A stretch of DNA of 64,000 bases, taken from NCBI GenBank assembly GCA_905178155.1, contig CAJINV010000006.1, positions 786,345 through 850,344 on the forward strand, written 5' to 3'. A program made the translations under genes and the position numbers. Source of the DNA: Amoebophrya sp. A120 (taxonomy: Eukaryota; Protista; Dinoflagellata). Position 1 is the stretch's first letter. Each line of letters begins with the position of its first letter. Below, piece by piece: positions 33,601-46,500 of this stretch. Under the pieces are notes generated by a model that had not been told where the DNA came from, did not search any database, and saw only the letters and a program-made list of their open reading frames with translations.

Positions 33601-36599
33601 AAAAATCCCCCCTCCCCATATCAAAACGAAATTTCTGATGCTGGATTTGTGTACACAAATCAGCTTTGTATTGCAGGAATGCATTGCGGTCAGATCCCCA
33701 GACTAGGTAGGGCCGTACGGGTCTAGTTGCCCAGCATGGCAAACGGCTCCCCTTTAAGCCCAACAGCGTGACAAATCACTTCCATAATGGGGCGGAAGCT
33801 TCTGCCCTTGTCTTCTTGCAAGACGCATGCGATTTGTGACCTCAAATCAGCAACACAGATTTTCGGAAACATAGCTTTTCAATATGGGGAGGGGGGATTT
33901 TTCATTTTGATAGGCGCACATGGGAACCTACACCCCGGAAGTGCCCTATGGGAGTGTCAGCATCGAAATCGTCAAAGTTGAAATAGTTTCTCATGCATAA
34001 AATGCGACGCAGAGGGTGCCTCTACTGCAGAGGATGCAAGGGAGGCAGAGTATAGTCCGGCTACGGGTCAAGAGTTGTGTTGCTTATTAGCATGACAGAG
34101 GGACGAGCCCTTTTGCCGTAAACAGCATGACAGACTTGCTTTAGTAGAGACAAACAAAATTTGTCATGCGCCGGCTATAAACTGTTTATGTCAACATGCG
34201 CAGTCTGTTTATGTCATGCGCCGGCTATAAACTGTGGGCCTAACAACTGGAGGTATCGATTTTATGCATATACAAATAAGTAAATTTCAAGTTTGTCGAT
34301 TTTCAGTTCTGACGCTTCCATATGCCCTTTTGCCCTGAGTGGGGGCGGGTCGAGAACTACGACTACTACCTCGGAGACCTGTGCTATCGCAAGAAAAAAG
34401 TGTTGCAGTTACACACATAGTCTATGCAGGCCACGCAAGACAGACCAGCTCTGTCATGCCGGATACGCATAGAAGCCTCGTTCTTTCATAGGTGTTTGCC
34501 CGTAGGATTTCTGCATTACAAGTTTTCTCTCTCATGAGGAGAAATTCTGCTGAATTGACTACAGGTGTGTAACTGTAAACACTTTTTTCCTGGGATATGT
34601 GCCACATCCATCTGAACCGGGATCCGTACGCCCAATGGACTCTGAAGGACTACAATACACAAAATTGGAATCCGCCGGACTCTGCGTCGACGGCCATGAC
34701 CCTGGAGCAGGTTAACCAGGCTTCCCGACTTTGCCAGCAAGCCCACGCTTACGTAAATTGGTTCGCATCAACGTACATTGCGCAAATCAACGCCGTATCA
34801 AATGGAAAAATGTCTGAGTCTGGAAGAGTGCCAGACTTGTCATGCAGGTTTTCCATGACCCATAAGGTCTGGCATGTAGGACATAGCATGACAGATTCTG
34901 TGCGAGTTCCATCATGCCTATCCTGCGTGAGAAACTGCCTCTCGAGTAGGTCAAAAGTGGACAGCTTTTGGTAAGCATGCAACACAGATTTTTGCATGCT
35001 TCAGATTTAGCATGACAAGTTGCATTCTTCCAGACCCAGACATTTTTACATTTGATACGCCGCAAAAAACGCCCAAACCTGGAACGTCGGAGTATACCCG
35101 TATCCTGTGTAGAAACGTCCCCACACGACCCCAGAGTTGTAATGCAAATCTGCGTGCCCGTGCTAAAAATATTTTTCATTCGGAGCCCTATGAGAAGCAT
35201 TCTATTCTTGGCGTAGTCGTCGTGTTTCGGAATTTGTCATGCTCCAATCAGCATGATGCTCTAGATCTGTGATCCTGTTTGAAACTAGCCAAACAGGATC
35301 ACACTACGAGGCCAAACTTGTCATGCGTAACAGCTAATGCTTGTTGATTTGTCTTGCAAATTTCCCATCTTCTTGACTATGGGATGGGATCGTTTTTCCA
35401 CAGGATAGCCCGGGCTTCGAGTTTATCGACTTGAAACGCGATCACCCCGAAGGCAAGAACGCGGCGTGGAACACTGACGAGTGGAAGTGCAAAATGATCT
35501 GCGACATGCTATATGAAATGCAAAAATCCCTGGATGTCTGGAAGAATGCAACTTGTGATGCTGCATTTGGATGCCTAAAAAATTTGTGTTGTATGAGCAG
35601 CAAAAGCATTCTAATTTTCGTACGCGGGGAGGGCTTTTTTCCTATGCGGAATAGGCATCAAGAACCCCTCAAAGAACTACCTGTGATGCTAGGGCATGCA
35701 TCACCGACATCGTGGCTCATGCAAACCGTGCGTGACAAGTCTCAGAATCTTCCAGACCCAGACATTTTTGCATTTGACATGCTACCCAATTGCATCTTGT
35801 ACAGTTACGCGTGGACCACGTCGTGGGGAGCGGTCAACCGGTATTGTGAGGAAAAATCCCCCCTCCCCATATCGAAACGAAGTTTCTGATGCTGGATTTC
35901 CGTACACAAATCAGATTTGTCTTGCAGTAGAGGACTGCAGGCATATGTCAAGCCTCGGCCGAGAGGTTTTGACGTAGCCGCCTAGCATGACAAACGTGTA
36001 TGCTCTAAGCCCAACAGCATCACAAACCGCCTGCAAAATGCAGGGGGCTCTCTGGACTTGCCTGCTTGCAAGACAGACAAGATTTGAGGTCACAAATGTG
36101 CATCACAAATTTTCAGACGGATGCGGTTTCAATATGGGGAGGGGGGATTTTTCCTTTCGATAACCGGTGCTGGCCGAAATCCGCGGAAAACCAAGGAAAG
36201 CGAACAACCTGGATATCGTAAGAAAAAACTGTGTGCAGAAGTGTGTATTAAGTCTGTGATGCAAAAAAATGCAAAAGCAAATCGGGTATTATTACACTTA
36301 TCACGCTGGCCTGGTTTCATACGGGTACGACGTTTTTGCGTAGTTACAACTAGCTGATGTGCAGCACGACAGGCGTTCTCTGTCTTGCAGAGCGAATTTT
36401 TCATGCTGTCAGTGCAAAGAGACATACCTACACTAAACACAGTTTTATTCTTGGATACTGCAGGGCCAATATTCATTCGGGGATTTGCAAAGAACGCGCT
36501 TGCTATCCGAGTGGGAATAATGATGTACTAGCTCATCTTCATCTCCCGATAGACTCGGTCCTCTCGAAAATATTTCTAGATGAACAACAATCAAGATGA
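30656..36599 (+). CDS. Secreted Cys-rich protein (signal peptide, charged linker, 2 Cys-rich repeats, C-terminal PAN/Apple-like domain); 15 exons separated by 14 introners
   Basis: Continuous frame after removing each element plus one DR: MLMKQLLSLLQLLSFLG...DCWDHCSSRQGLCPACGAGGMCCRNGW...GCDG...EWKCKMICDMLPNCILYSYAW...CWPKSAENQG...IHSGIC...QQSR*. Confidence 0.8.
31488..31740. mobile_element. Introner family A
   Basis: TIRs, DR cggcg/cggcg. Confidence 0.92.
31806..32078. mobile_element. Introner family A
   Basis: TIRs, DR tggca/cggca. Confidence 0.9.
32142..32397. mobile_element. Introner family A
   Basis: TIRs, DR aacgg/aacgg. Confidence 0.92.
32457..32720. mobile_element. Introner family A (diverged)
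   Basis: Degenerate TIRs, DR gtcgg/gtcgt. Confidence 0.85.
32849..33049. mobile_element. Introner family C (internally deleted)
   Basis: TIRs, DR aaagg/gcagg. Confidence 0.85.
33289..33553. mobile_element. Introner family A
   Basis: TIRs, DR ccagc/ccagc. Confidence 0.92.
33591..33912. mobile_element. Introner family B
   Basis: TIRs, DR ggcgc/ggcgc. Confidence 0.92.
33947..34322. mobile_element. Introner family E (TIR TATGGGAGTGTCAG..AAATCGTCAAAGTTGAAA) with internal tandem duplication
   Basis: TIRs, DR tgccc/tgccc. Confidence 0.9.
34385..34597. mobile_element. Introner family J
   Basis: TIRs, DR tgtgc/tgtgc. Confidence 0.92.
34796..35057. mobile_element. Introner family A (opposite orientation to 330-607)
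   Basis: TIRs, DR cgccg/cgccg. Confidence 0.92.
35101..35407. mobile_element. Introner family C
   Basis: TIRs, DR acccg/gcccg. Confidence 0.9.
35512..35779. mobile_element. Introner family A (ends ACA)
   Basis: TIRs, DR tgcta/tgcta. Confidence 0.9.
35842..36162. mobile_element. Introner family B
   Basis: TIRs, DR accgg/accgg. Confidence 0.92.
36214..36457. mobile_element. Introner family K (TIR core AAAAACTGTGT)
   Basis: TIRs, DR ctgga/ctgca. Confidence 0.85.
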
Positions 36600-37483
36600 A
36601 CTTCGTCGCCTTGTTTTATTACTGCGCGTCTACTTAATAAAGTGTACAAAACTAGTAGTACCCAAAAATAGCTATAATTTCTTTTGTGATACATTTGTAC
36701 ATCGATTCGGGAAAATAGCTCGCACATCGGCTCGTCGTCGCATATTTCGAACTTTTATGGTGGAGATTAGCTACAGAATCGATGAGTATAAAAATTTCAT
36801 CGGGGGGAGATGTAGTTGAAGCTCTTCACGGGGGGACGAGCGCCGGGCTGCTTGTATTCTGTTGAGCGATAATTCTAAGTTTTTCGACTCTTACTCGACC
36901 GTTGCATCATGATCGGGCGATATGCATGATCGGGCGTTGCATGATCGGGGGACATACCACTTTATATCTCGACTTCGTTATTTCATCGAATTTAGAAAGA
37001 AAGAATTGAAGCCAGATGACAACGACTAGCTACCTGCACTTGTACTCTGCTATTTATTAGCTATTGATGTGATAATTTATTTTCAGTAGCTTAGACGAGA
37101 TTATTGCGCTAGCAAGTAAAATAAATGTTGACGCTGCCTTACTCCTAAACTCCTACTAGCAGGTGTTTTTTTTTGTAGCAACACCAGCACTAGGGGAATT
37201 CGAATTTGAGTATCACCACCAAAGTAGGGGCGAATGTGCTGACTGCGGCATGTTTGGCTCGGGCGGAGAGATCTCGATATGCTGGCCATAATATCACTGG
37301 AAGCACGACAACAAGTTACACTTATTCTATTGCAGGCATTGTTCTTGACTTGCCCTACTACATGAGTTCTAGATATTTGGTTCCTCCGGTTTAGTATTAA
37401 AAGTCACCATGTCCTCGCACTTCCCCGCGTTCGAGAACTCCTCACTGCGACGAGGGGGGCGAAGAGGCTGCCAACATCAAGCC

Positions 37484-40400
37484 ATGGCCTCGTCGTTCCT
37501 AGCTCAGATCTTACTTCTTCTTGCCGGTAACAACTACACGATGGTACGACCCTCGTTGGCGTTCTTGAACTACGGGGACCACGAAATGAAGCCCAGCGAG
37601 GTTGGAGATGATGATGGTGGCGGGGAAGAGGATGAAGAGCAACATAATGGTGCAGGTGCAAGACCACCTTCCGTCTCGTCTTCTTCACCCAGCAACAGCA
37701 TGCTGAAACAGGATCGAGTGTTAAAGAAAACAACGGACGATCAAGATGAAAGTGCGGCCGCGCTAGGAAAGGACTACGACGACACGGCTGCGCGACCAGA
37801 AAGAACTCCTCGTCGCCGGCCCAAAAATCGAGGCAGTACCTCTAGCACCTCTTCATTCCTGCGCGGAGGTGGACAACGCAGGAAAGAACCCACGAAAAAG
37901 TCGAAGGATAGTGTTGACAGCACAAACAGCGATGCGGAAACAGAAAAGCTACCAAAGAAGCGCAAAAAGAAAAGTAGTTTTCTCGCCGGTTCAACATCTT
38001 CACAAGAGGAAGAAGACTTGCACGAAAACCATGGCTATGCATTTCAAATATGTCTGGGTCTGGAAACTTGTGATGCTAATTTATGAATTGTGGGGACACT
38101 GCAATAGGCAGCCACGCATGACAAGTTTCTGGGCTCCTATGTGTTCCGCTTTCCGCATGACAAACTACATTTTTGCATGACAGGCAAGAGGGTCTTTTCC
38201 TGCTCACGCATTACAGGTTCAAGAGTCATGTGAGACAAGCATGACAAACATCTGCATTCTTCCAGACCCAGACATTTTTGCATTTGATAATGGCACTGAA
38301 GACGAGAAGACAGCGAGCGACTTGATGTCAACTACACCGGCGGTGGCCACTTCTGGCGATGGTGATGAAAAAGAATCGTGCGGACCGAGAGCAGACGAGT
38401 CTTCGGCCTCATCTTCTTCGCTGGCAGAGAAGTTTACAGGGACCGCATCTACTTCGGGAGTCGTAGATGATTTTACAGCACCATCAACCCTCGCTGACAA
38501 TGGCTACACGACGACCACTATCCTGAGTAAAAACGTCCCCGCCCCAGAGTCAAGATGGGGATTTTGCAACACAAACCTAGGAGTTTTGGGAGTCACGTAT
38601 GACAAGTTACAGTCCGTAAGGTAGTGCAAGTTAGCAAGGAAAGCCGCATTACAAATCGATCTGCTGATCCTGTTTACAGCATGACAAGTTCCCAAACACG
38701 CATGAAAATGCCTGTCATGGGGTTGTGCATCACAAATGTTGCTGTCGTGGCAAATCTGCATGACAACTCTGGGGTGGGGATGTTTTTACTCAGGATAACC
38801 ACCGGTAAGAAGAACGACATCCTGCGCACGGACGACGAGCTGGCGGCGTACTTGGCCTATCAACTGTAAAAATGTCTGGGATGAGGTCTGGTATGTAGGA
38901 CAGAGCATGACAGATTCTGTGAGAGTTCTATCATACCTATCCTGCATGAGGCACTGCCTCTCGAGTAAGTCAAAAGTGGACAGCTTTTGGTAATCATGCA
39001 AGACAGATTTTTACATGATTCAGATTTAGCATGACAAGTTGCTTTGTTCCAGACCCAGACATATTTGCAGTTGATATGGCCAGGGAAGACACGAGAATCA
39101 TCAACGATCTGATGGCAAAAATGAAGCGCATGAACATGCCGGTTCCGCCCGAAGATATTTTCACCGGCAGGTTCCGGTACAATGGCGGCGCGGGTCGTGC
39201 GGGAAATGAAGATGATAAAGGAGAGCCACGCCGTGGGCGGGAAGTAGAAGCACTACAAGGCAAAGTAGCAGACGAAGATCCGACGGCACAAGCTGCCAGT
39301 ACGTTGGAAAAGCAAAACAAGGCGAAGAGTGCTGTAGGTGGACGAGAAAGAAATGATCAATCGCAAAAATCTTCTTCGCGGCCCAACGTCAACTACAGCA
39401 ACCCGGTCTCCCTCCTGCGAGCCCAGTACCACGCGAAAAAAGAGCTATCAAATGTAAAAATGTCTGGGTCTGGAAGAATGCACGTTTGTCATGCTTGTCT
39501 GGCATGACTCTTAAATCTGTCATGCACGTTACCCAACAGCTCCATTTTTCTGTGATGTAGCGACGCAGTTTGTCATGCAGAATAGACAATACCTAGAAGC
39601 TCAGAAACTTGTCATGCGGCGCCAGCATTTGTGGCCTCATCATGAGACGCGACCCAGCATCACAACTTTCCAGATCCAGACATTTTTGCATTTGATAAGA
39701 ACAGGAGCGCGACAATGTTCGCAATCTGGCGAGGAACTTGGTGCGGGAGATGCTCCAGGAGCGAGCAGGAGAACTGGGCGAAGGAGCTACTACTCCTGTC
39801 GGCGGGGCAGGGCGAGATGTTGTACTCGAGGAAAGCGAGCGCAGCACGACCCTCCGAGCCACCGGGTCGTCGAGTGTCCTGGAAGAGAACAGCAGTCGGG
39901 AGCAGGAATCCGCCCGTTCGGAACAGTATATCGGGCCCGAGGGGTATCGCAAGAAAGAACTGTTTATTCACTGTGAACCTGTGATGCAGAGAACGAAACA
40001 CCAAAGTGTTTGTCTTGCTACACCTGCAACATAATGGATTTTATAGGCGTGCTTTATTCCCTTGGGAAACGCGCATGGCAAATTTTCTGTGTCATGTGTA
40101 ACAAACTTGTGATGCAGATCTTGCAAACCATCACAGTGAAACAGTTTTTTCGTGGGATAAGGGGGTATACGACGACGTGAATGGGTACGGGGTGTACAAT
40201 CTCTGGAAGCCGAATTGCGACTCGTGGCAGAGTACGCATTGCAAATATGTCTGGGTCCTCTGGAAGGCTGGAACTTGTCATGCTAAATCTGAATCATGTA
40301 AAAATCTGTGTTGCATGATTGCCAAAAGCTGTCCACGTTTGACCTAAAAATCGAGATGCAGTTTCTCATGCAGAATAGGCATCATAGGGCTATCACATCA

Positions 40401-43142
40401 GAATCTGTCATGCTATGTGCTACATACCAGACCTCATGGGCCATGGAAAACCTGCGTGACAAGTCTGGCATTCTTCCAGACATCCAGGGATATTTGCAGT
40501 TGATACAGAGAAACGAACAACACGACTACTGGCTGGGGGATCTGTGCGAACAACGGTTACGCGTCAGCCCCTACATATCGCAAGAAAAAAGCGTTTCACG
40601 ACTGTGAACTTGTGATGCACAGAGTGTATACATCACAGAACTATTTGTCTTGCTAAACCTGCAAGGCTTTGGATTTTTAATCGTGTTTGCCCTTGGGAAG
40701 CACGCATCGCACATTTTCTGTGTCATGTGTAGCAAACTTGTGATGCGGATCTTGCAAAACCATCACAGTGAAACAGTTTTCTCGTGGGATACGACGACCA
40801 GAACTCGCATGTAGTAAACGCCGAAAACTTCATATCCTGTGTAAAAGCGTCCCCACACCAGAGTCAAGATGGGAAGTCTGCTAGACAAATCAACCAGCCT
40901 TGGTTGTCTGGCATGACAAGTTTGTCCTCGTAGTGTAATTCTGTTTAGCTAGGTCAGAAGCATCACAGATCTAGCAGAGCATGCAGATTCTAGCATCACA
41001 AATTCCAAAATACGGATAGAAAACGCTTCTCCTAGGCCTCCGCATGAGAAACATTCATTCTTCGCGTGCAGAATTGCATGACAACTCTGGGGCGACGACC
41101 TTGGGGTGGGGACGTTTTTACACAGAATACTTCATAGAAGGTAAACTCCCAGTGCTGATGAAACAGACTGTCGTGAATGAAGCGGCGCGGATCTGTCAGC
41201 ACGCTCACGCCTATATCCCAGAGAAAAAAGCAGGCAGGGCAGATTTGTAATGCAAAAATAAATACACAGAAAAATCTGTCATGGGCGGCCACATAGCTGC
41301 ATGCTGCTGCGGGTATGCAATACAGATTTTTTTGCGTATTTATTTTTGCATTACAAACGTCAACGTGGCCTGCCTGCTTTTTTCTGTGTGATAGCCTATG
41401 GGAACTGGTTGGAGACGAACCGTCCAAACCTGATCGACGCGAACCGGCGCATATCAAATGCAGATATGTCTGGGTCTGGAAGATGGCAACTTGTGATGCT
41501 GCATTTGGATTCCAAACAAATTTGTATTGCATGACCAGCAAGAGGAGTCGATTTTGTGCTACGCGGAGAGGGCATTTCTCATGCATTTTACGCATCAGAT
41601 GAAAGCCCTCAAAAACAAAAACTCTGTGATGCTAGGGCATGCATCACAGACATCATGGGGCATGCAAAATGTGCATGACAAGACTTGCACTCTTCCAGAC
41701 CCAGACATATTTGCAATGCATAGCGCAATGATGAGGATAAGATCAAGGAATACGGTAACCTGACCTTTGTGAACCTGAAGCACGACACGAAGGACAAGTG
41801 GAGTGGTATGGAAGCGTCAGGTTTGAAATCGACAAAGTTGAAATGATTTGTCATGGATAAAATGGATGCCAGTTGGAAGCCCAATTTCCAAGCGGTGCAT
41901 GACAAATCTGGGTAGTAGAGCCGAAATCCAGTTTGTCATGCTGTTTCGGCAAAGAAGACTGCTCCTGTCATGCTATTTTAGCAGCTCAGTTGCTGATCCT
42001 CAACAGGCTTACAATCTGCCTCACTTGCCTACTCCCCAAGACAGGCACTCTGTGGGCTGCATGTTTTGCATTGCAAATCATTTCAACTTTGACGATTTCA
42101 ATCCTGACACTCCCATAAGTGGCTTCAAAGTGGACTCCCGCGAATGGAAATGCAAGCTGATATATCAAATGTAAAAATCGTCCCTGGATGTCTGGAACTT
42201 GTGATGCTGGGTGGCGTCTCATGATGAGGCCAGAAATGCTGGCTCAGCATCACAAGTTTCTGAGCTTCTAGCTGTTGGTGCCTATTCTCCATGACAAACT
42301 GCGTTTCTGCATCACAGAAAAATGGAGCTCTTGGGTAACGTGCATGACAGATTTCAAGAGTCATGCCAGACAAGCATGACAAACATGCATTCTTCCAGAC
42401 CCAGACATTTTTACATTTGATATGATATGCGACATGTTGCCGAATTGCGTGCTGTACAGCTACGGAGACCACAATTTTAGTTGCTGTCGCGACTTTTGCT
42501 GGCCCAAGGCGAATATCAACTGTAAAAATGTCTGGGTCTGGAAGAATTCATGTTTGTCATGCTTGTCTGGCATGACTCTTAAATCTGTCATGCACGTTAC
42601 CCAAGAGCTCCGCTTTTCGGTGATGCAGAAGCGCAGTTTGTTATGCAGAATAAGCAACACCTAGAAGCTCAGAAACTTGTCATGCGGGGCCAGCATTTGC
42701 AGCCTCATCATGAGACGCCACCCAGCATCACAAGTTTCCAGACCCAGACATTTTTGCATTTGATAGCGAAAGAGAACCAGGGTGCGAAGGGTTCCTCCAA
42801 AGACCACATTTTTTCGGGAATCTGCCAGCTATCCTGAGTAAAAACGTACCCACACCAGAGTCAGGATGAGGATTTTGCAACACAAACCTAGGAGTTTTGT
42901 GAGTCACGCATGACAAGTTGCACTATGCAGTGTAGTGCAGGTTAGCAAGTGCAGCCGCATCACAGATTCACCTGCTCATCCTGTTCCCAGCATCACAAAT
43001 TCCAAAACACGATTGGAAATGGCTCTCATGGGGATGCGCATCACAAATGTCCTCGTGAGTGCAAATCTGCATGACAACTCTGGGGTGGGGACGTTTTTCC
43101 TTATGATACCAGCCAAGAGTGTGGTACGGAACGGAAAAATAG
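37484..43142 (+). CDS. Secreted PAN/Apple-like domain protein, paralog of the 30656 gene; 14 introners; may be spliced onward into the TSP1 gene
   Basis: MASSFLAQILLLLAG...YWLGDLC...RICQHAHAYGNW...EWKCKLICDMLPNCVLYSYG...CWPKAKENQG...IFSGICQPRVWYGTEK* after element removal. Confidence 0.78.
38036..38289. mobile_element. Introner family A
   Basis: TIRs, DR atggc/atggc. Confidence 0.92.
38519..38797. mobile_element. Introner family C
   Basis: TIRs, DR accac/accac. Confidence 0.92.
38858..39076. mobile_element. Introner family A (short)
   Basis: TIRs, DR tggcc/tggcc. Confidence 0.9.
39446..39697. mobile_element. Introner family A
   Basis: TIRs, DR agagc/agaac. Confidence 0.9.
39945..40159. 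mobile_element. Introner family F (TIR core AAAAAACTGTTTCACTGTGA)
   Basis: TIRs, DR agggg/agggg. Confidence 0.92.
40233..40505. mobile_element. Introner family A (starts TAC)
   Basis: TIRs, DR cagag/cagag. Confidence 0.9.
40576..40791. mobile_element. Introner family F
   Basis: TIRs, DR ctaca/cgacg (diverged). Confidence 0.87.
40833..41129. mobile_element. Introner family C
   Basis: TIRs, DR cttca/cttca. Confidence 0.92.
41214..41393. mobile_element. Introner, singleton family (TIR AGAAAAAAGCAGGCAGG, nearly fully palindromic)
   Basis: TIRs, DR gccta/gccta. Confidence 0.9.
41452..41722. mobile_element. Introner family A
   Basis: TIRs, DR gcgca/gcgca. Confidence 0.92.
41807..42117. mobile_element. 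Introner family E
   Basis: TIRs, DR agtgg/agtgg. Confidence 0.92.
42163..42422. mobile_element. Introner family A (reverse orientation relative to 42514-42765)
   Basis: TIRs, DR tgata/tgata. Confidence 0.9.
42514..42765. mobile_element. Introner family A
   Basis: TIRs, DR gcgaa/gcgaa. Confidence 0.92.
42830..43108. mobile_element. Introner family C
   Basis: TIRs, DR ccagc/ccagc. Confidence 0.92.
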
Positions 43143-43501
43143 TACATACTTTCGAAGATAAGATGAGAAGTATCGCAGGTTGTAGAAAGCGAAAAATGCG
43201 CCACACACATGCATGACTGAGTAGTACTTCTTCAGATACTGTGTGGACGAGGTGGATTATTTTTCAGAGTTGTGCATTGATCTGTAGTTCCTGATCTTGA
43301 TGCCAGTGGTAAGCAAGTTGTACGTAAACAAACTATGAACAAACTGAAAGTTAGCTATGCGTATGGTTAGATACAAGTACAAGTGCACAGAGGGCAATGA
43401 TAATGAAAAATTACCACGCTTGATGAAGATGAGTAGCTACTTGTTTGAAAGGATTTCTAGATTAAGTAGAGAAGTGCTCTGATCGTGATCGACATCTGCA
43501 G

Positions 43502-46500
43502 TCTCTCGGAGGGTTTTGCATCTGCATACGCGCGCGGACGGTTCGACCCAGTACACGGGCATATGTCAGGATTACAACCGGGACTGTGTGTATCAAACAA
43601 AAAAAGTGCGTCATGCTCAGCCATGTGCATTTCTGCAATACAAAATTTTCTGTCATGCGTAAAATAAACGCATCACAGTCAATTCTCATGGGCGATTTCG
43701 ATTTCCCTAGTGTCAGTGGAATACAAGAAAAAGAACCTGTGAAGATGCCAGAAAAATTTCTCATGCAAAACCTGTAAGTTGTTAGTGTCAGTGACACTGT
43801 GACGAACTTTTTTCTGTTTCATAGCGTGGTCTCGGAGTGGGGCGGTTGGGGTGACTGCTCGGCGACCTGTATCCTGTGTAAAAACGTCCCCACACCAGAG
43901 TCAAGATGGGAAATCTACTAGACAAATGAGCCAGCTTTCGCTGTATCGCATGACAGATTTGCCCTCTTAGTGTGGCCCTGTTTCGCTAGTTCAGCAGCAT
44001 CACAGATCTAGCATATCATACTGATTCTAGCATTACAAACTCCAAAACACGATTGGAAATGGTTCTCATGTGGCTCCGCATGACAAACTTTTTTGGCATG
44101 CAGATTTGCATGACAACTATGGTGTGGGGACGTTTTTACTCAGGATAACCTGTGTGGACGAACACGTGGTGAACGCCGGGGATTTATCAAATGTAAAAAT
44201 GTCTGGGTCTGGAAGAATGCAGCTTGTGATGCTGAATTTGGATTCCAAAAAAATCTGTATTGCATGAGCAGCAAAGGGAATGCAATTTTTGCTACGCGGA
44301 GAGGGAATTTGTCATGCGGAATAGGCATCGCGAAGCCCTCAAAAAATCTGTGATGCTAGGGCATGCATCACAGACATCATGGCCCATGCAAAACATGCAT
44401 GACAAGTCTCAGAATCTTCCAGACCCAGACATTTTTACACTTGATAGGATTGGGGCTCGTATCCGACTCGGACGCGCACCCGCGAGATCTATGGCGTTCT
44501 CAACTGTTACACTCTCAGCTGTTACATAAATTTGTGACGCAAGAATGGCAAAAGTAATAGGGGCGATGATCTTGCGCCTCTTGCATGACAGACTTTGGCG
44601 CCGATTTATTATCACCCTATTTGGCCCTCTGAGAATTTGTCATGCGAAGCAGCTTGATGGTGTCGCTTCTGAAAAGGCAATTTTGCATGACAAACCATGT
44701 ATTAACAGTTGAGAAGGTAACCGATTTGAGAACGCCATAACATCTCGGTGGACAAGCAGGGCAGCGGAAACGACTGTGCAGATCTGGAGGAAGTAGCCCA
44801 CTGTATTACAAGGAAAAATGCCCCCTCCCCATATCAAAACAGAAATCTGTGATGCAGATTTGTGGTCACAAATCAGCTTTGTGATGCTAGAAGGCAAAAG
44901 ATGCGGACGGTAGTGCTGCCTAGCGTGGGATAGCCTTGCAGCTCCAGGATGACAGGAGGCGACTGGAAGTGGGGAACAGCATGACAGATTGCCTGCAATT
45001 TAGGCCGCAGCGTCGTCTCTTGGACTTCTAGCAATACAAGTCGACTTGTGTACTCAAATACAACATCACAAATTCGCGCATCTTCCGTTTCCGATATGGG
45101 GTGGGGGCTTTTTTCACTTTGATACACTGCACCCCCGGCACTGGAGCCGGGTTTGTCTCCTATTGCCCGATTCACTGCGAGATGTCGGCCTGGAGTGACT
45201 GGAGCACCTGTACTGTGGGGAAAAATCCCCCCTGCTCCCCATATCGAGACGAGGTTTCTGATGCTGGATTTCCGTACACACATGCGCGCTGTCTTGCAAT
45301 ACGACATCGCAGCCAGATCCTCAGCGTAGGTAGGGGCGTTTGCGTCTAGTTGTTTAGCATTGCAAACGGCTGTCGCCTAGGCCCAACAGCATGCCAAATC
45401 GCTTCCATAATGGCGCGGAAGCCTTTGCGCTTGTCTTCTTGCAAGACAGATTCGTGATCTCAAATCGGCAACGCAAATTTTCGGAAACATACCTTTTCGA
45501 TATAATGGGGAGGGGGGGTTTTTCCTTTTGATAGACTGTGACAAAACCTGCGACACCGGCACGCAACGGATCACCCGGACGCGCATACAGGCCCCAGCTT
45601 ACGGTGGTAACGGATGCGATGGCGGGGGCGCGCTCGAGCAAACGCGCACTTGCAACACGGACCCCTGTATGCATTGCAAATAATGTTGTCTGGGTCCTCT
45701 GGAAGAGTGCAACTTGAACTTGTGATGCTGCGTTTGGATTCTAAAAAAATCTGTATTGCATGAGCAGCAAAGAAAGGAGTAGTCCACCTCTTGCTACGCG
45801 AAGAGGGCATTTGTAATTATGCGGGATAGGCAGCAAGACGGCCTGAAAAAATCTGTGATGCTAGGGCGTACATCACAGATCGATCATGGCTCATGCGAAA
45901 CGTGCATGACAAGTTTGCGGCCTTCCAGAGGACCCAGACATATTTCCGATGCATACCCTGCCCCGTTGACTGCGTGGTGCACGAATGGAACGAGTGGAGC
46001 GCTTGTAGCCACGCATGCGGCCCAGACGGCACTCGTACGCGCGTCAAGCCGGTGACAGAGCCGCTGAACGAAGGTGCCGCGTGTCCGGTCCTGGCGGACC
46101 GGACGCAAACCGAGCCCTGCATGTATCCTGTGGGAAAAACTACATCTCCATCCCATAGTACAAGGTTGGTAAATCTGTTACACAAAAAATCTCCAAGAAG
46201 TTTTGGGAGATGTAGTGCATGACAAGTTATTTCCATCGTGTAGTGCTGGAGACTAGCAATGGCGGCCGCATGAGAAAGCTACTTTCTCATCTTGGTTTTA
46301 CGGCATTACAAATTCCAAAACACGAAGATTAGAATAAATGCCTCTCATGTTGGAGATGCGCATTACAAATCGACTCCTGTCATTGCGCATTTGCATGGCA
46401 GCTCTGGGCGGGTGGGGACGTTTTTACATATGATAGCATGACTATCCCACGAAAAAACTGTTTCACTGTGATGATCTTGCAAGATCTGCATCACAAGTTT

